From Acutalibacteraceae bacterium (lineage in GTDB: Bacteria > Bacillota > Clostridia > Oscillospirales > Acutalibacteraceae): a stretch of DNA of 64,000 bases. The notes under the pieces were generated by a model. That model was not told the DNA's origin. It made no database searches and was given only the letters and a program-made list of their open reading frames with translations. Numbering within the stretch: position 1 is the first letter of the stretch; every line of letters begins with the position of its first letter. Location of the stretch: NCBI GenBank assembly GCA_045596705.1, contig JAZOCW010000032.1, positions 629 through 64,628 on the forward strand, in the 5' to 3' direction. The translations under genes and the position numbers were made by a program. Of the stretch, positions 17,935 to 26,573 are shown one piece after another.

Positions 17935-18666
17935 TTACTTTTTGACTTGCCTGCTGCGGTTGTCTTTCATAAGTTTTAAGATAAACTTAATATTATTATC
18001 GTAAAACCGTTTTATTCTTTTCGGTTCCTTCATTATACGGTAAAGCCACTCAAGGTTATATTCTATAAAAAACTTCGGCGCACGGGCCTTTTGCCCGCTA
18101 AGCACATCAAAGCTGCCGCCTACGCCGACAAAAATACCTTTTTTAAAATCGTTATAATGCCGGTAGATCAGTTTTTCCTGCGCGGGCATCCCAAGCGCGA
18201 CCAAAACTATATCGGGACTGCTTTGCTTTATTTTTTCAAAGACGGCATCCTTGTCCTCGGTATAGCCGTCAACCGCTCCGCAAAGAGTAATATTAGGGTA
18301 GTCACCTGCTATTCGCTCACAAAGCGTATCAAGCACCTCGCGCTTCGCTCCCAGCAAAAACACCGAGCCGGACGATTCGTCCGCAAACTCTAACAGTTTT
18401 TTTGCAAGCTCGACCCCGGGGATGCGCTCCGCGACGTCCACACCCACCATACGTGCACCCTTTACGATACCGATGCCGTCGGCGATCACCGTCGTGTCCT
18501 CATCACACAGCAGTGCCGCCATATCCTCTTCCCGTTCGCCGAGCATGAAAGCTTCGGGATTGGCTGTTACTATGAACATCTTTTTGCCCTTGATTAAGTT
18601 TTCTTTTACCTGTGCAAAAAAGGCAGCCGCGCCGCCCTTATATATCTTGTCAAAAAAAGCTTTCAT
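17935..18666 (-). CDS. WecB/TagA/CpsF-family glycosyltransferase
   Basis: I chose the start MKAFFDKIYKGG, which lies downstream of the predicted promoter. Family-typical motifs are ...GVGGSFDVLSG....EWLYR. Confidence 0.8.
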   Translation of the reverse strand: MKAFFDKIYKGGAAAFFAQVKENLIKGKKMFIVTANPEAFMLGEREEDMAALLCDEDTTVIADGIGIVKGARMVGVDVAERIPGVELAKKLLEFADESSGSVFLLGAKREVLDTLCERIAGDYPNITLCGAVDGYTEDKDAVFEKIKQSSPDIVLVALGMPAQEKLIYRHYNDFKKGIFVGVGGSFDVLSGQKARAPKFFIEYNLEWLYRIMKEPKRIKRFYDNNIKFILKLMKDNRSRQVKK

Positions 18667-18710
18667 TACTCTTCGGCTCTCTTCACCGTTTTTATTCTTT
18701 TTGTAACAAC

Positions 18711-18739
18711 AGTATACCAAATCCTACTATTTAAGTCAA
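18711..18739 (-). promoter_or_regulatory. sigma-A type promoter TTGACT-17-TATACT
   Basis: Minus-strand TTGACT at 18739..18734 and TATACT at 18716..18711. It lies inside the over-extended ORF-track start, which supports the start at 18666. Confidence 0.5.
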
Positions 18740-18947
18740 CCTAAACCCTACCCTATGTGTTATTCGTCACCAAAAGCTTTTATTGCAGAGTGCCTATCCC
18801 CTTCGCGCCTATATACTTAAAAAACAAACAACACCAACCGATGTTAGTGTTGTTTGTATAAAGATTGACTCTAATTCTATAAATGCACCCCTTTTGAAAT
18901 AAAGGGATGCTTTTTGGAAACGGTTGTGCATTATTAGATAAAATTAA

Positions 18948-19469
18948 TTACTGTGGACGGTTTTGACCATAATAAAACTTCACCTTATCATATTTGTAAT
19001 CTTCTTGTAATATATCAATCAAGGCATCTGTATTCTCAATATAGCGTCCTTCTTCAAGAATTGTCCAACTTTTTGTCTTTAAATCATATTCTTTAACGGA
19101 AATCCACAGCCCTTTTTGTGTTTCAGTACGACAACAAGCACGCTTAAATTCGTTATGGTCAAAAACAAGAAATTCTGTATCTAAATCTATATCTGAAAAT
19201 TTCTTGTTTGTTACGTAATCGATTAAGACAGGGTACATCCATATTAGCGGAATTATTATAATTAGCGAAAAAACCAAAGTGGAAACGCCTGAAACTATTA
19301 TAATTGAAAGAGGTAATATAGCAACCGACCAATCATCGTGAGTATATTCCGAAAATTCTTTATCTCCAAGCAAGCCATCTGTCGCATAGAACACGATTAA
19401 TAATATAGCCAAACTAATTAACATTCCTAAAAGACAAATTTTTGATTTTTTAGTTTTTAAGTTGAACAT
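18948..19469 (-). CDS. orphan membrane protein (173 aa; 3 TM segments plus a soluble C-terminal domain), AT-rich
   Basis: I chose the start MFNLKTKKSK, with GGAG upstream. The ORF-track start at 19646 would run through tRNA-Ser and its terminator. An extended -10 TGgTATAAT sits at 19512..19504 on the minus strand. Confidence 0.5.
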   Translation of the reverse strand: MFNLKTKKSKICLLGMLISLAILLIVFYATDGLLGDKEFSEYTHDDWSVAILPLSIIIVSGVSTLVFSLIIIIPLIWMYPVLIDYVTNKKFSDIDLDTEFLVFDHNEFKRACCRTETQKGLWISVKEYDLKTKSWTILEEGRYIENTDALIDILQEDYKYDKVKFYYGQNRPQ

Positions 19470-19524
19470 ATTCTTTTCATCTCCAACAGCTTTAATTAAA
19501 ATAATTATACCATAAAAAGAAACC

Positions 19525-19552
19525 AACCGCAACTTTGCTAAAAGTTGCGGTT
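19525..19552 (-). terminator. intrinsic terminator after tRNA-Ser
   Basis: 11-bp stem aaccgcaactt/aagttgcggtt, followed on the minus strand by a T-rich run. Confidence 0.7.
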
Positions 19553-19558
19553 GTTCTT

Positions 19559-19647
19559 TGGCGGTGACGGTGAGATTCGAACTCACGTGCGATTTCTCGC
19601 AAACGCATTTCGAGTGCGCCCCGTTATGACCACTTCGATACGTCACC
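19559..19647 (-). tRNA. tRNA-Ser (anticodon CGA), long variable arm, encoded CCA
   Basis: The reverse complement reads GGTGACG...GCGCA-CTCGAAA-TGCGT...GTGAGTTCGAATCTCAC-CGTCACC-G-CCA. The acceptor stem is 7 bp and the T-loop is TTCGAAT. Confidence 0.9.
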
Positions 19648-19706
19648 GTATATATTAAACTCGCACAGGCGAGATTAATGCAAATTTTAGGTTGTATAAC
19701 GGGTTA

Positions 19707-19738
19707 CCCCTGTTATGTCCCCGCTTTGATATATCACC
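19707..19738 (-). pseudogene. degenerate copy of the tRNA-Ser 5' half (acceptor plus D-arm)
   Basis: The reverse complement GGTGATATATCAAAGCGGGGACATAACAGGGG compares with the tRNA 5' end GGTGACGTATCGAAGTGGTCATAACGGGG. About three quarters of positions match by eye. Confidence 0.4.
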
Positions 19739-19871
19739 GTGTTCGGTTCGTGCGCAGAGAACCGCGCTAGATAATTATATGTTTTATAAGGGTGGTTGTC
19801 AAGAAAAATTTGTTGCTAAGGGGGAAAGTATGTTATATAATTAAATATAATTGTTTTAAGGAGCGAGCGGA

Positions 19872-21398
19872 ATGTTTACACGGATAAACAGCTTTGGATT
19901 GTTTGGAATAGAATCTTTTCGTGTGCTGGTAGAGGCTGATATTTCCACCGGTCTGCCCGCTTTTGATATAGTCGGACTTGCTGACACCGCCGTTAAGGAA
20001 TCCCGTGACAGGGTGCGTTCAGCGCTTAAAAACAGCGGCTTTAAGTTCCCTGTCGGTCGAATTACGGTCAACCTCGCACCTGCGGACAAGCGTAAAGAAG
20101 GTTCACTTTATGACCTGCCCGTGCTTGTTGCTCTGCTCAAAGCTTCGGGGCAATTGGAAGCAGAGCTTGACGACTGCGCTTTTTTAGGAGAGGTCTCGCT
20201 CGACGGTCACGTTCGTCCGATAAACGGTCTGCTTGCGATGGCTATCGAAGCAAAACGTATAGGCGTTCGCCGCTTGTTCGTGCCTGCGCCTAACTCGGGC
20301 GAGGGCGCCGTTGTAGACGGCATAGATATCTACGGTATTGAAACCGTAGCACAGCTTTATAAATTCCTTTTAGGGGAAGCAAATCTTTCCCCCGCAATGC
20401 CGCCTAAGACAAGCTTTGTAGATTACACTTCACCGCTTGATTTTGCCGATGTAAAGGGGCAAACCGTTGCTAAAAAGGCTCTCGAGGTTGCTGCCGCAGG
20501 CGGACACAATGTTATGCTGATCGGTCCTCCGGGTGCAGGTAAAAGTATGCTGGCAAAGCGCCTGCCCACTATTCTTCCCGAAATGACCCACGAGGAATCC
20601 ATCGACGCCACAAAAATACACTCTATCGCAGGCACTCTGTCGCCCGACACGCCGCTTATTCGCACCCGTCCTTTTCGCGCTCCGCACCATACGATCTCAG
20701 CTGCGGGAATGACCGGCGGAGGTGCCGTTCCGCGGCCGGGAGAAATATCCCTCGCACACAACGGTGTGCTGTTTTTAGACGAGCTGCCTGAATTCCACCG
20801 CGATGTTATGGAGGCTTTGCGCCAACCGATCGAAGACGGACGCGTCACTATTTCGCGCGTTGCAGGCACGCTTACATATCCCAGCGCGCTAACTCTTGTC
20901 GCCGCGATGAACCCCTGCCCCTGCGGCTATTTCGGTCATCCCAAAAAGCAATGCACCTGCACGCAGACCCAGGTTTCACGGTATCTTTCAAAGGTGTCCG
21001 GTCCTATGCTCGACCGTCTTGATATTCATGTTGAGGTTCCGCCTATTGATTTTGAGTCACTTAAATCCAAGGGCGGAGAGGAGACCTCGGCACAGATACG
21101 CGAGCGCGTATCCCGCGCACGCAAGATACAGACCGAACGCTACAAGGGCACCGGTATAACCTGTAACGCACGGTTGCTGCCTTCGATGCTCGGCACCTAC
21201 TGTGCACTGACCGAGGACGCCGAAAACACGCTGCGCTTTGCCTTTGACCGTCTTGGTCTTTCGGGCCGCGCATACGACAGAATACTGAAGGTCTCGCGCA
21301 CCGTGGCCGACCTGTCGGGAGATGAAAAGATCAACACCGACCACATCCTGCAGGCCATCCAATTCCGCAGTTTGGACCGGAAATACTGGGGAAATTAA
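19872..21398 (+). CDS. comM: YifB/ComM-family Mg-chelatase-like AAA+ ATPase
   Basis: 508 aa with a Lon-like N-terminal domain, Walker A GPPGAGKS, and LFLDELPEF. Confidence 0.9.
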   Translation: MFTRINSFGLFGIESFRVLVEADISTGLPAFDIVGLADTAVKESRDRVRSALKNSGFKFPVGRITVNLAPADKRKEGSLYDLPVLVALLKASGQLEAELDDCAFLGEVSLDGHVRPINGLLAMAIEAKRIGVRRLFVPAPNSGEGAVVDGIDIYGIETVAQLYKFLLGEANLSPAMPPKTSFVDYTSPLDFADVKGQTVAKKALEVAAAGGHNVMLIGPPGAGKSMLAKRLPTILPEMTHEESIDATKIHSIAGTLSPDTPLIRTRPFRAPHHTISAAGMTGGGAVPRPGEISLAHNGVLFLDELPEFHRDVMEALRQPIEDGRVTISRVAGTLTYPSALTLVAAMNPCPCGYFGHPKKQCTCTQTQVSRYLSKVSGPMLDRLDIHVEVPPIDFESLKSKGGEETSAQIRERVSRARKIQTERYKGTGITCNARLLPSMLGTYCALTEDAENTLRFAFDRLGLSGRAYDRILKVSRTVADLSGDEKINTDHILQAIQFRSLDRKYWGN

Positions 21399-21428
21399 AC
21401 CTTGACAGAAGGGAAGCAAAAGAGTAAA

Positions 21429-21974
21429 ATGAGAAAAGTCAGCGAAGTATTTTCAGGCCGTCCTGAGAGTGCTGATGGCAGGCTTGAAAAGGAGCTTGCA
21501 GTATACGATTTTCTTGACTCGCTCGGCATCTCGTACGAGCGTGTGGATCATCCGCCAGCCGACACGATCGAAGACTGCCTTGAGGTGGAAAAGGTCATAG
21601 GCGTTGGAATTTGTAAAAATCTCTTTGTATGCAATCGCACAAAGACCGAATATTATATGATAATGATGTCGGGACACAAGAGCTTTCGCACAGCCGAGGT
21701 TTCCAAAAAACTCGGCACATCGCGACTGTCCTTTGCGAGCGCAGAGGATATGGAAAAGCTTTTGGGCGTCACGCCCGGCTCGGTAACGGTTATGGCGCTG
21801 AAAAACGAAAGCGCGCGACGTGTACAGCTGGTCATTGACCGCGACATAATTAACGGTGATTATATCCGTTGCCACCCCTGCATCAACACATCAACACTTA
21901 AAATAAAGACCGAAGATCTGTTGCGCGTGTTTCTTATGAAGGTAGGTCATACGCCGCGGATAATTGATATTTAA
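21429..21974 (+). CDS. YbaK/ProX-type aminoacyl-tRNA deacylase domain protein
   Basis: I chose the ATG at 21429. It shows prolyl-tRNA-synthetase-associated editing domain features (...CKNLF...TPGSV...). Confidence 0.7.
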   Translation: MRKVSEVFSGRPESADGRLEKELAVYDFLDSLGISYERVDHPPADTIEDCLEVEKVIGVGICKNLFVCNRTKTEYYMIMMSGHKSFRTAEVSKKLGTSRLSFASAEDMEKLLGVTPGSVTVMALKNESARRVQLVIDRDIINGDYIRCHPCINTSTLKIKTEDLLRVFLMKVGHTPRIIDI

Positions 21975-21999
21975 AATTCAGCGCTATGCGCTGATATAC

Positions 22000-22075
22000 G
22001 GGGGCGTAGCTCATCTGGTAGAGCGCTACATTCGCATTGTAGAGGTAGTGGGTTCGAGTCCCATCGTCTCCACCA
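22000..22075 (+). tRNA. tRNA-Ala (anticodon CGC), encoded CCA
   Basis: GGGGGCGTAGCTCA... has the G3:U70 identity pair. The anticodon arm is CTACA-TTCGCAT-TGTAG and the T-loop is GGTTCGAGTCC. Confidence 0.9.
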
Positions 22076-22077
22076 AA

Positions 22078-22111
22078 ATCGACAAGGTTCGATAGAGCCT
22101 TGTCGATTTTA
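22078..22111 (+). terminator. intrinsic terminator after tRNA-Ala
   Basis: 10-bp stem atcgacaagg/ccttgtcgat plus TTTT. Confidence 0.75.
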
Positions 22112-22270
22112 CTTGTTACCTCTTCACTCTTCCCCTTAGTCGATTTTGGTGAAAGTAATAAGTAATAGTGAATAGCGAAGAAGTGAAAGGGGTCCGCTTT
22201 GCGGATATGTTGCATTTTCGAATATTCAGTCTTATACAGATTGGAATTCTATTCTATATTATCTTTCGAG

Positions 22271-22302
22271 AAAAAGCGACTCGCGTTTTGCGAGTCGCTT
22301 TT
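22271..22302. terminator. bidirectional terminator
   Basis: 9-bp stem gcgactcgc/gcgagtcgc, flanked by A5 and T4. Confidence 0.7.
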
Positions 22303-22321
22303 CTTAAAAGGAATAAATTTT

Positions 22322-22972
22322 CTAATTCAAATAATCCAAAAAAGAAATATCATATGTGCAATTTTCAAAATCTCTATATATCGAAAAATCTTCATCCAAA
22401 AGATACAATTCATTAGGAGTAATCTCATAAGAAGAGTGTTCCTCAATTGAATCAAGTTCACTCATTGTATAAACAAAAACTGCAGTACGGTTTTCCTCAT
22501 CAAGCATAACATACTCGAAAAGTTCCCATTTTTCGCCGATATCCTTCCACTGCAAAATGTAGGCGGGCAACGAAAAATTGCTATCATTGTATAACGGTTC
22601 TAAGACGTCTTGTCCGTTGACAATTTTGAAATTCTTTAGACCTGCAGCAAAGTTTTGGTAGTTGTCTTCGCTTAATTGGCAGGTAAAATATATAGCATAC
22701 CCATCTGTATCAACTCCCGGAACCCAACGAACATAAAACTCCTTTAGTGTGGAAGGCGTTTCACGCGGAAACAACACCAGTTGAGAATTGTACAAATATT
22801 CTCCAAAACCCAACAAGCTTTCCCGTTTACATCCGTTCGTTGCTTGTTTATTCCAATCTTTCACGATTCCGCTGTAGATATATTGATAATCAGAAACTTC
22901 GGTTTTTTCCTTGCTGCATCCGCAAAGTATAATAATTAAAAAAGCCACCAATAAAGCAATTGCTTTTCTCAT
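22322..22972 (-). CDS. orphan lipoprotein (216 aa), AT-rich
   Basis: Signal peptide plus lipobox MRKAIALLVAFLIIILCGC. I recognise no family. Confidence 0.6.
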   Translation of the reverse strand: MRKAIALLVAFLIIILCGCSKEKTEVSDYQYIYSGIVKDWNKQATNGCKRESLLGFGEYLYNSQLVLFPRETPSTLKEFYVRWVPGVDTDGYAIYFTCQLSEDNYQNFAAGLKNFKIVNGQDVLEPLYNDSNFSLPAYILQWKDIGEKWELFEYVMLDEENRTAVFVYTMSELDSIEEHSSYEITPNELYLLDEDFSIYRDFENCTYDISFLDYLN

Positions 22973-22986
22973 TCATAATCCCCTCG

Positions 22987-23484
22987 TCATTCCTTTAATA
23001 TACTGTCAAGCACTGCCTTTACACATTCTTCGACCTCAAGGTTTGCGCAGTCGACCGTAATATCGGCACAACGCTCATAAAGCGGAGCTCGCTCGGCATA
23101 CAGGTCGGCTATAGTACAGCCGTCCTTCATTGCGATTCCACGGGTCTTTATGTTCTTGATACGATGCTCTATCTCCTCAGGAGAGAGCTTTAAGTACACG
23201 GTTTTTCCGTTTTTGCGAAGCGCATCCATCGCCCGGTCACCATAAACGGCACTGCCGCCCGTAGCGATGACCGAGTTTTCAAACGTCATTTCACAAAGCA
23301 CGTCATTTTCTATTTTTTTGAATTGTTCGAGTCCGTATTCGTCAATTATCTCACACAGGCTTTTGCCGTATTTACTCTGTATCAATAGGTCAGTATCGAC
23401 GAAGTGAAAAAGCATTGCCTTTGCCAGCAAAACGCCTATCGTGCTCTTGCCGCAACCCGGCATACCTATTAAAACTATATTCAT
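22987..23484 (-). CDS. aroK: shikimate kinase
   Basis: I chose the start MNIVLIGMPGCGKST (Walker A). The protein is 165 aa. Confidence 0.85.
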   Translation of the reverse strand: MNIVLIGMPGCGKSTIGVLLAKAMLFHFVDTDLLIQSKYGKSLCEIIDEYGLEQFKKIENDVLCEMTFENSVIATGGSAVYGDRAMDALRKNGKTVYLKLSPEEIEHRIKNIKTRGIAMKDGCTIADLYAERAPLYERCADITVDCANLEVEECVKAVLDSILKE

Positions 23485-23524
23485 TTTCTTTCCCCCTGCC
23501 TTTATTATAAACAACATTTACGAT

Positions 23525-23833
23525 TCATTCAACCCAGACAGCATACTTTTTCAGGTCTATCCTGCCGTCGGGCAAAAAGATTATACCCTCTTGCTCTAGC
23601 AATCTGCGCTGTACGTCCTCGCCGCCGAAGGCAAAGGCGGATGAAGTTTCGCCGAAACGGTTTACAACACGGTGACAAGGTATGACGCCGGGCTGTGGAT
23701 TCACGTGCAACGCATAGCCAACCACCTGTGACCAGTGGGGATTGCCAGCCATTGTTGCGACCCAACCATAGGTTGCAACACGGCCTTTTGGTATGGTTTT
23801 TACTACCTCATATATCTTCTCGAATGTGTTCAT
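23525..23833 (-). CDS. MGMT-family DNA-binding domain protein (methylated-DNA-protein-cysteine methyltransferase-like)
   Basis: I chose the start MNTFEKIYE, with GGAGGA upstream. The PCHRVV active-site motif is present. Confidence 0.8.
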   Translation of the reverse strand: MNTFEKIYEVVKTIPKGRVATYGWVATMAGNPHWSQVVGYALHVNPQPGVIPCHRVVNRFGETSSAFAFGGEDVQRRLLEQEGIIFLPDGRIDLKKYAVWVE

Positions 23834-23870
23834 TTTATCCTCCGCAAACAGTTTTACTCTTAGTATAACC

Positions 23871-23899
23871 AAAAAGACCTTCCCGCGGGAAGGTCTTTT
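23871..23899 (-). terminator. intrinsic terminator after asnA
   Basis: Palindrome agaccttccc-gc-gggaaggtct with a T-run on the minus strand. Confidence 0.75.
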
Positions 23900-23901
23900 A
23901 A

Positions 23902-24903
23902 TTACAGCAATACTATTCCCTTTTCCTCGCAGTCACGAACTACCGCTTCGGGCCAGACAGAGGACTGTACTTCTCCTATATGTGCCTTGCGCAAAAAGAA
24001 CATACACATACGCGACTGACCTATGCCGCCGCCGATGGTATAGGGCAGCTCGCCCGCAAGCAGACGCTTGTGGAAATCGAGCTGGGCACGCTCCTCTACG
24101 CCGCGGATCTTAAGCTGACGCATAAGACTTTCCTCGTCAACACGGATACCCATAGACGAAAGCTCCAGCGCGATGTCAAGTACAGGATAGTACACCAGCA
24201 CATCGCCGTTCAGGCTCCAGTCATCGTAGTCAGGCGCACGGCCGTCGTGTATTTTGCCCGATCTAAGCACGCCGCCTATCTGCATTAAAAATACCGCACC
24301 GTGCTTTTTGGTTATTTCATATTCGCGCTCTTTCGCGGTCAGGTCGGGATACATATCCTCAAGCTCCTGTGCAGTGACAAAGGTTATCTTTTCGGGTAAG
24401 AACTTATGAACGAACTCGTACTCGTCGGCTATATAGTTTTCGGTGTGCTTTAGCGAATTATAAACACATTTTACTGCACTTTTAAGTGTTTTTTCTGTGC
24501 GGTCTTCCTTGTTTATTACCTTTTCCCAGTCCCATTGGTCAACAAGAGCGGAATGAATATTATCCAGATCTTCGTCGCGGCGGATAGCGTTCATATCAGT
24601 ATAAAGTCCCTCGCCGGGACGGAAACCGTAGCGGCCGAGTGCATCGCGCTTCCACTTTGCAAGCGACTGTACTACCTCATACATTCCGTCTTGACCCTTT
24701 ATGTCAAAAGCAACCGGACGCTCAACACCGTTCAGCGTATCGTTAAGGCCCGACTCACGACTGACAAACAGCGGCGCGGAAACACGGGTAAGATTAAGCT
24801 GAATTGCAAGATCTCTTTCAAAAAAATCCTTGACTTTTTTTATGGCTATCTCGGTCTGGCGCGTATCCAGCAAAGATTTATAGCCGTTTTGAAGTTGATT
24901 CAT
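23902..24903 (-). CDS. asnA: aspartate-ammonia ligase (asparagine synthetase A)
   Basis: 333 aa. The typical AsnA N-terminus is [16 protein letters not shown]...[10 protein letters not shown], followed by a class II aaRS-like core. Confidence 0.9.
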   Translation of the reverse strand: MNQLQNGYKSLLDTRQTEIAIKKVKDFFERDLAIQLNLTRVSAPLFVSRESGLNDTLNGVERPVAFDIKGQDGMYEVVQSLAKWKRDALGRYGFRPGEGLYTDMNAIRRDEDLDNIHSALVDQWDWEKVINKEDRTEKTLKSAVKCVYNSLKHTENYIADEYEFVHKFLPEKITFVTAQELEDMYPDLTAKEREYEITKKHGAVFLMQIGGVLRSGKIHDGRAPDYDDWSLNGDVLVYYPVLDIALELSSMGIRVDEESLMRQLKIRGVEERAQLDFHKRLLAGELPYTIGGGIGQSRMCMFFLRKAHIGEVQSSVWPEAVVRDCEEKGIVLL

Positions 24904-25035
24904 AGCAATTCTCCTCCGGTAATAAAAACATTTAGGAAATTATATCACATTTTTATTTCTAATTCAATAATAATAATTAATATTATGCACAACTTTCCAA
25001 GTGTTTTTTCGGTCAATCTGACAGCCAACAATTCC

Positions 25036-25064
25036 TTTACTTTTGGCGGTTTGTCTGTTACAAT
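25036..25064 (+). promoter_or_regulatory. extended -10 promoter TTTACT-17-(TGt)TACAAT
   Basis: TTTACT at 25036-25041, TG at 25056-25057 and TACAAT at 25059-25064. This is 31 nt upstream of the first paralogue start. Confidence 0.5.
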
Positions 25065-25095
25065 CGGGGTGACTTGAAATATAGGAGGAATACCT

Positions 25096-26562
25096 ATGGA
25101 AAAGAACCTTAAAGTATGGTTTACCACACCCGAAAAGAAGATCCTTCCAAAATCTCATCTGACCTGGGGCAAGGTCGAGGATTACCACATCTACGTTGCC
25201 AAAAACGCAACAGAGGGATGTCAGGTATCGCTTAAATCCCCCACTGCCAGAAAGAACTTTACTATTGAGGTCGTCGGCGACAGCGCGACCCCGAATTTTG
25301 AAGTAGAGCTTCTGCGTGAGCACTATGTAAGCTGCGCCGGAGCGCTTTACCCCGATCCGGTCGTACCGGATGACGGTCATTTCGACCTTGAAGAGGAGTG
25401 CAACGTTACATACCTCATCAATATCATAACAAATAATGACACCGTTGCCGGCGAATATGCTTTCAAGGTAGTCATTAAGGAGGACGGCGAGCTTTACGGT
25501 GAGTATGACCTGACCGTAACTGTTTGGAATTTTGCCATTAATCCTAAAAAGCATATGGATACTGCTTTCGGTATGGAAAAAAAGAATATTCAGAGAGTGC
25601 AGCCGACCGACGATATTGACGCGCTTTATAAAAAATATTATGATATGCTGCTTAACCGCTATCGCATCTGCGGCTATTACCTGCCGTACGATATTCTTGA
25701 TCCGCGCGCCGACGAATATCTCGACAATCCCAAGGTTACCACCTTTATTATACCCTATGAAGCAGACGATGAAACCATCGTTAAATATTACGAAAAATTA
25801 AGCCGTAAGCCTGAGTGGCTAAAGAAGGGCTTCTTCTATGTTGTTGACGAGCCCTGCAATATGGAGGCTTATAAAAAGATAGAAGCATCACACGAGCGTC
25901 TTAAGAAGCTCTTCCCCGGATATCAGGCGGTTTCTCCCTTCTTTAAGGACCCGACCGACGAAAACGGCAAGCCTGCAGGGGTTCGCGCTGTTGACCTGCT
26001 TGAAAAGTTCTGCAGCGTTTGGTGCCCGAAGATAAACCTTTTCAAGGATCAGTGGTTTGTTGACTACATGCACGACCGCGACAAAAAAGGTGACCGTGCT
26101 TGGTGGTATGTATGCTGGGAGCCGGGACTTCCCTACAGCAACGTATTTATTGATATGGACGGTTTCCATCATAGAGTTTTGCTTTGGCAACAGTATCTGC
26201 ACGATGTACGCGGACTGCTTTATTGGAGCACTACCTGGTGGGGAAAGGTCAATCCGTGGGATTGTTCATCTACCGTAGCAGGCCTTTCATACTACTGCTT
26301 TGGCGACGGCTCTATGTTCTACCCCGGCAACCGCGTAGGTATCGACGGACCGGTAGGTTCCTTGCGTTTTGAGATACTCCGCTACGGTATTGAAGACTTC
26401 TATATGCTGCAGATGGCTGAAGAGGCCTTCGGACGCGAATGGGTCGATGAGCTTGTCAAGAACGTTTCGCCCAATGTGCGTGAATATAACGACGACCACG
26501 ACGAGCTTGACCGTACCAGAATAATTATAGGAAACAAGCTGAGCGAACACTACAGCAAATAG
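25096..26562 (+). CDS. DUF4091 / GH123-like glycoside-hydrolase-family protein, copy A (488 aa, no signal peptide)
   Basis: AGGAGG RBS. Motifs are AKNATEGCQVS, WWYVCWEPGLPY, IDMDGFHHR, YWSTTWW, GDGSMFYPG and GPVGSLRFE. Confidence 0.6.
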   Translation: MEKNLKVWFTTPEKKILPKSHLTWGKVEDYHIYVAKNATEGCQVSLKSPTARKNFTIEVVGDSATPNFEVELLREHYVSCAGALYPDPVVPDDGHFDLEEECNVTYLINIITNNDTVAGEYAFKVVIKEDGELYGEYDLTVTVWNFAINPKKHMDTAFGMEKKNIQRVQPTDDIDALYKKYYDMLLNRYRICGYYLPYDILDPRADEYLDNPKVTTFIIPYEADDETIVKYYEKLSRKPEWLKKGFFYVVDEPCNMEAYKKIEASHERLKKLFPGYQAVSPFFKDPTDENGKPAGVRAVDLLEKFCSVWCPKINLFKDQWFVDYMHDRDKKGDRAWWYVCWEPGLPYSNVFIDMDGFHHRVLLWQQYLHDVRGLLYWSTTWWGKVNPWDCSSTVAGLSYYCFGDGSMFYPGNRVGIDGPVGSLRFEILRYGIEDFYMLQMAEEAFGREWVDELVKNVSPNVREYNDDHDELDRTRIIIGNKLSEHYSK

Positions 26563-26573
26563 GAGACCTTCTT

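Noticed and set aside
18948-19646. 232-aa version of the ORF that extends upstream to 19646.
   Set aside because: The extension reads through the tRNA-Ser gene (19559-19647) and its terminator. An internal ATG at 19469 has its own RBS and -10 element.
22116-22132. 17-nt exact inverted match between ttacctcttcactcttc (22116-22132, near tRNA-Ala) and gaagagtgaagaggtaa (63722-63738, near tRNA-Glu).
   Set aside because: A single 17-mer of low-complexity purine/pyrimidine sequence could arise by chance in 64 kb. Flanking similarity is weak. It is worth a genome-wide search but is not supported as a repeat family here.
24964-25554. Antisense ORFs in the tandem array (24964-25554 and 28013-28495; 25888-26202 and 28829-29143). 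They appear as conserved pairs.
   Set aside because: They are duplicated only because the sense genes are duplicated. They have no RBS, and they lie opposite ORFs with clear family motifs.
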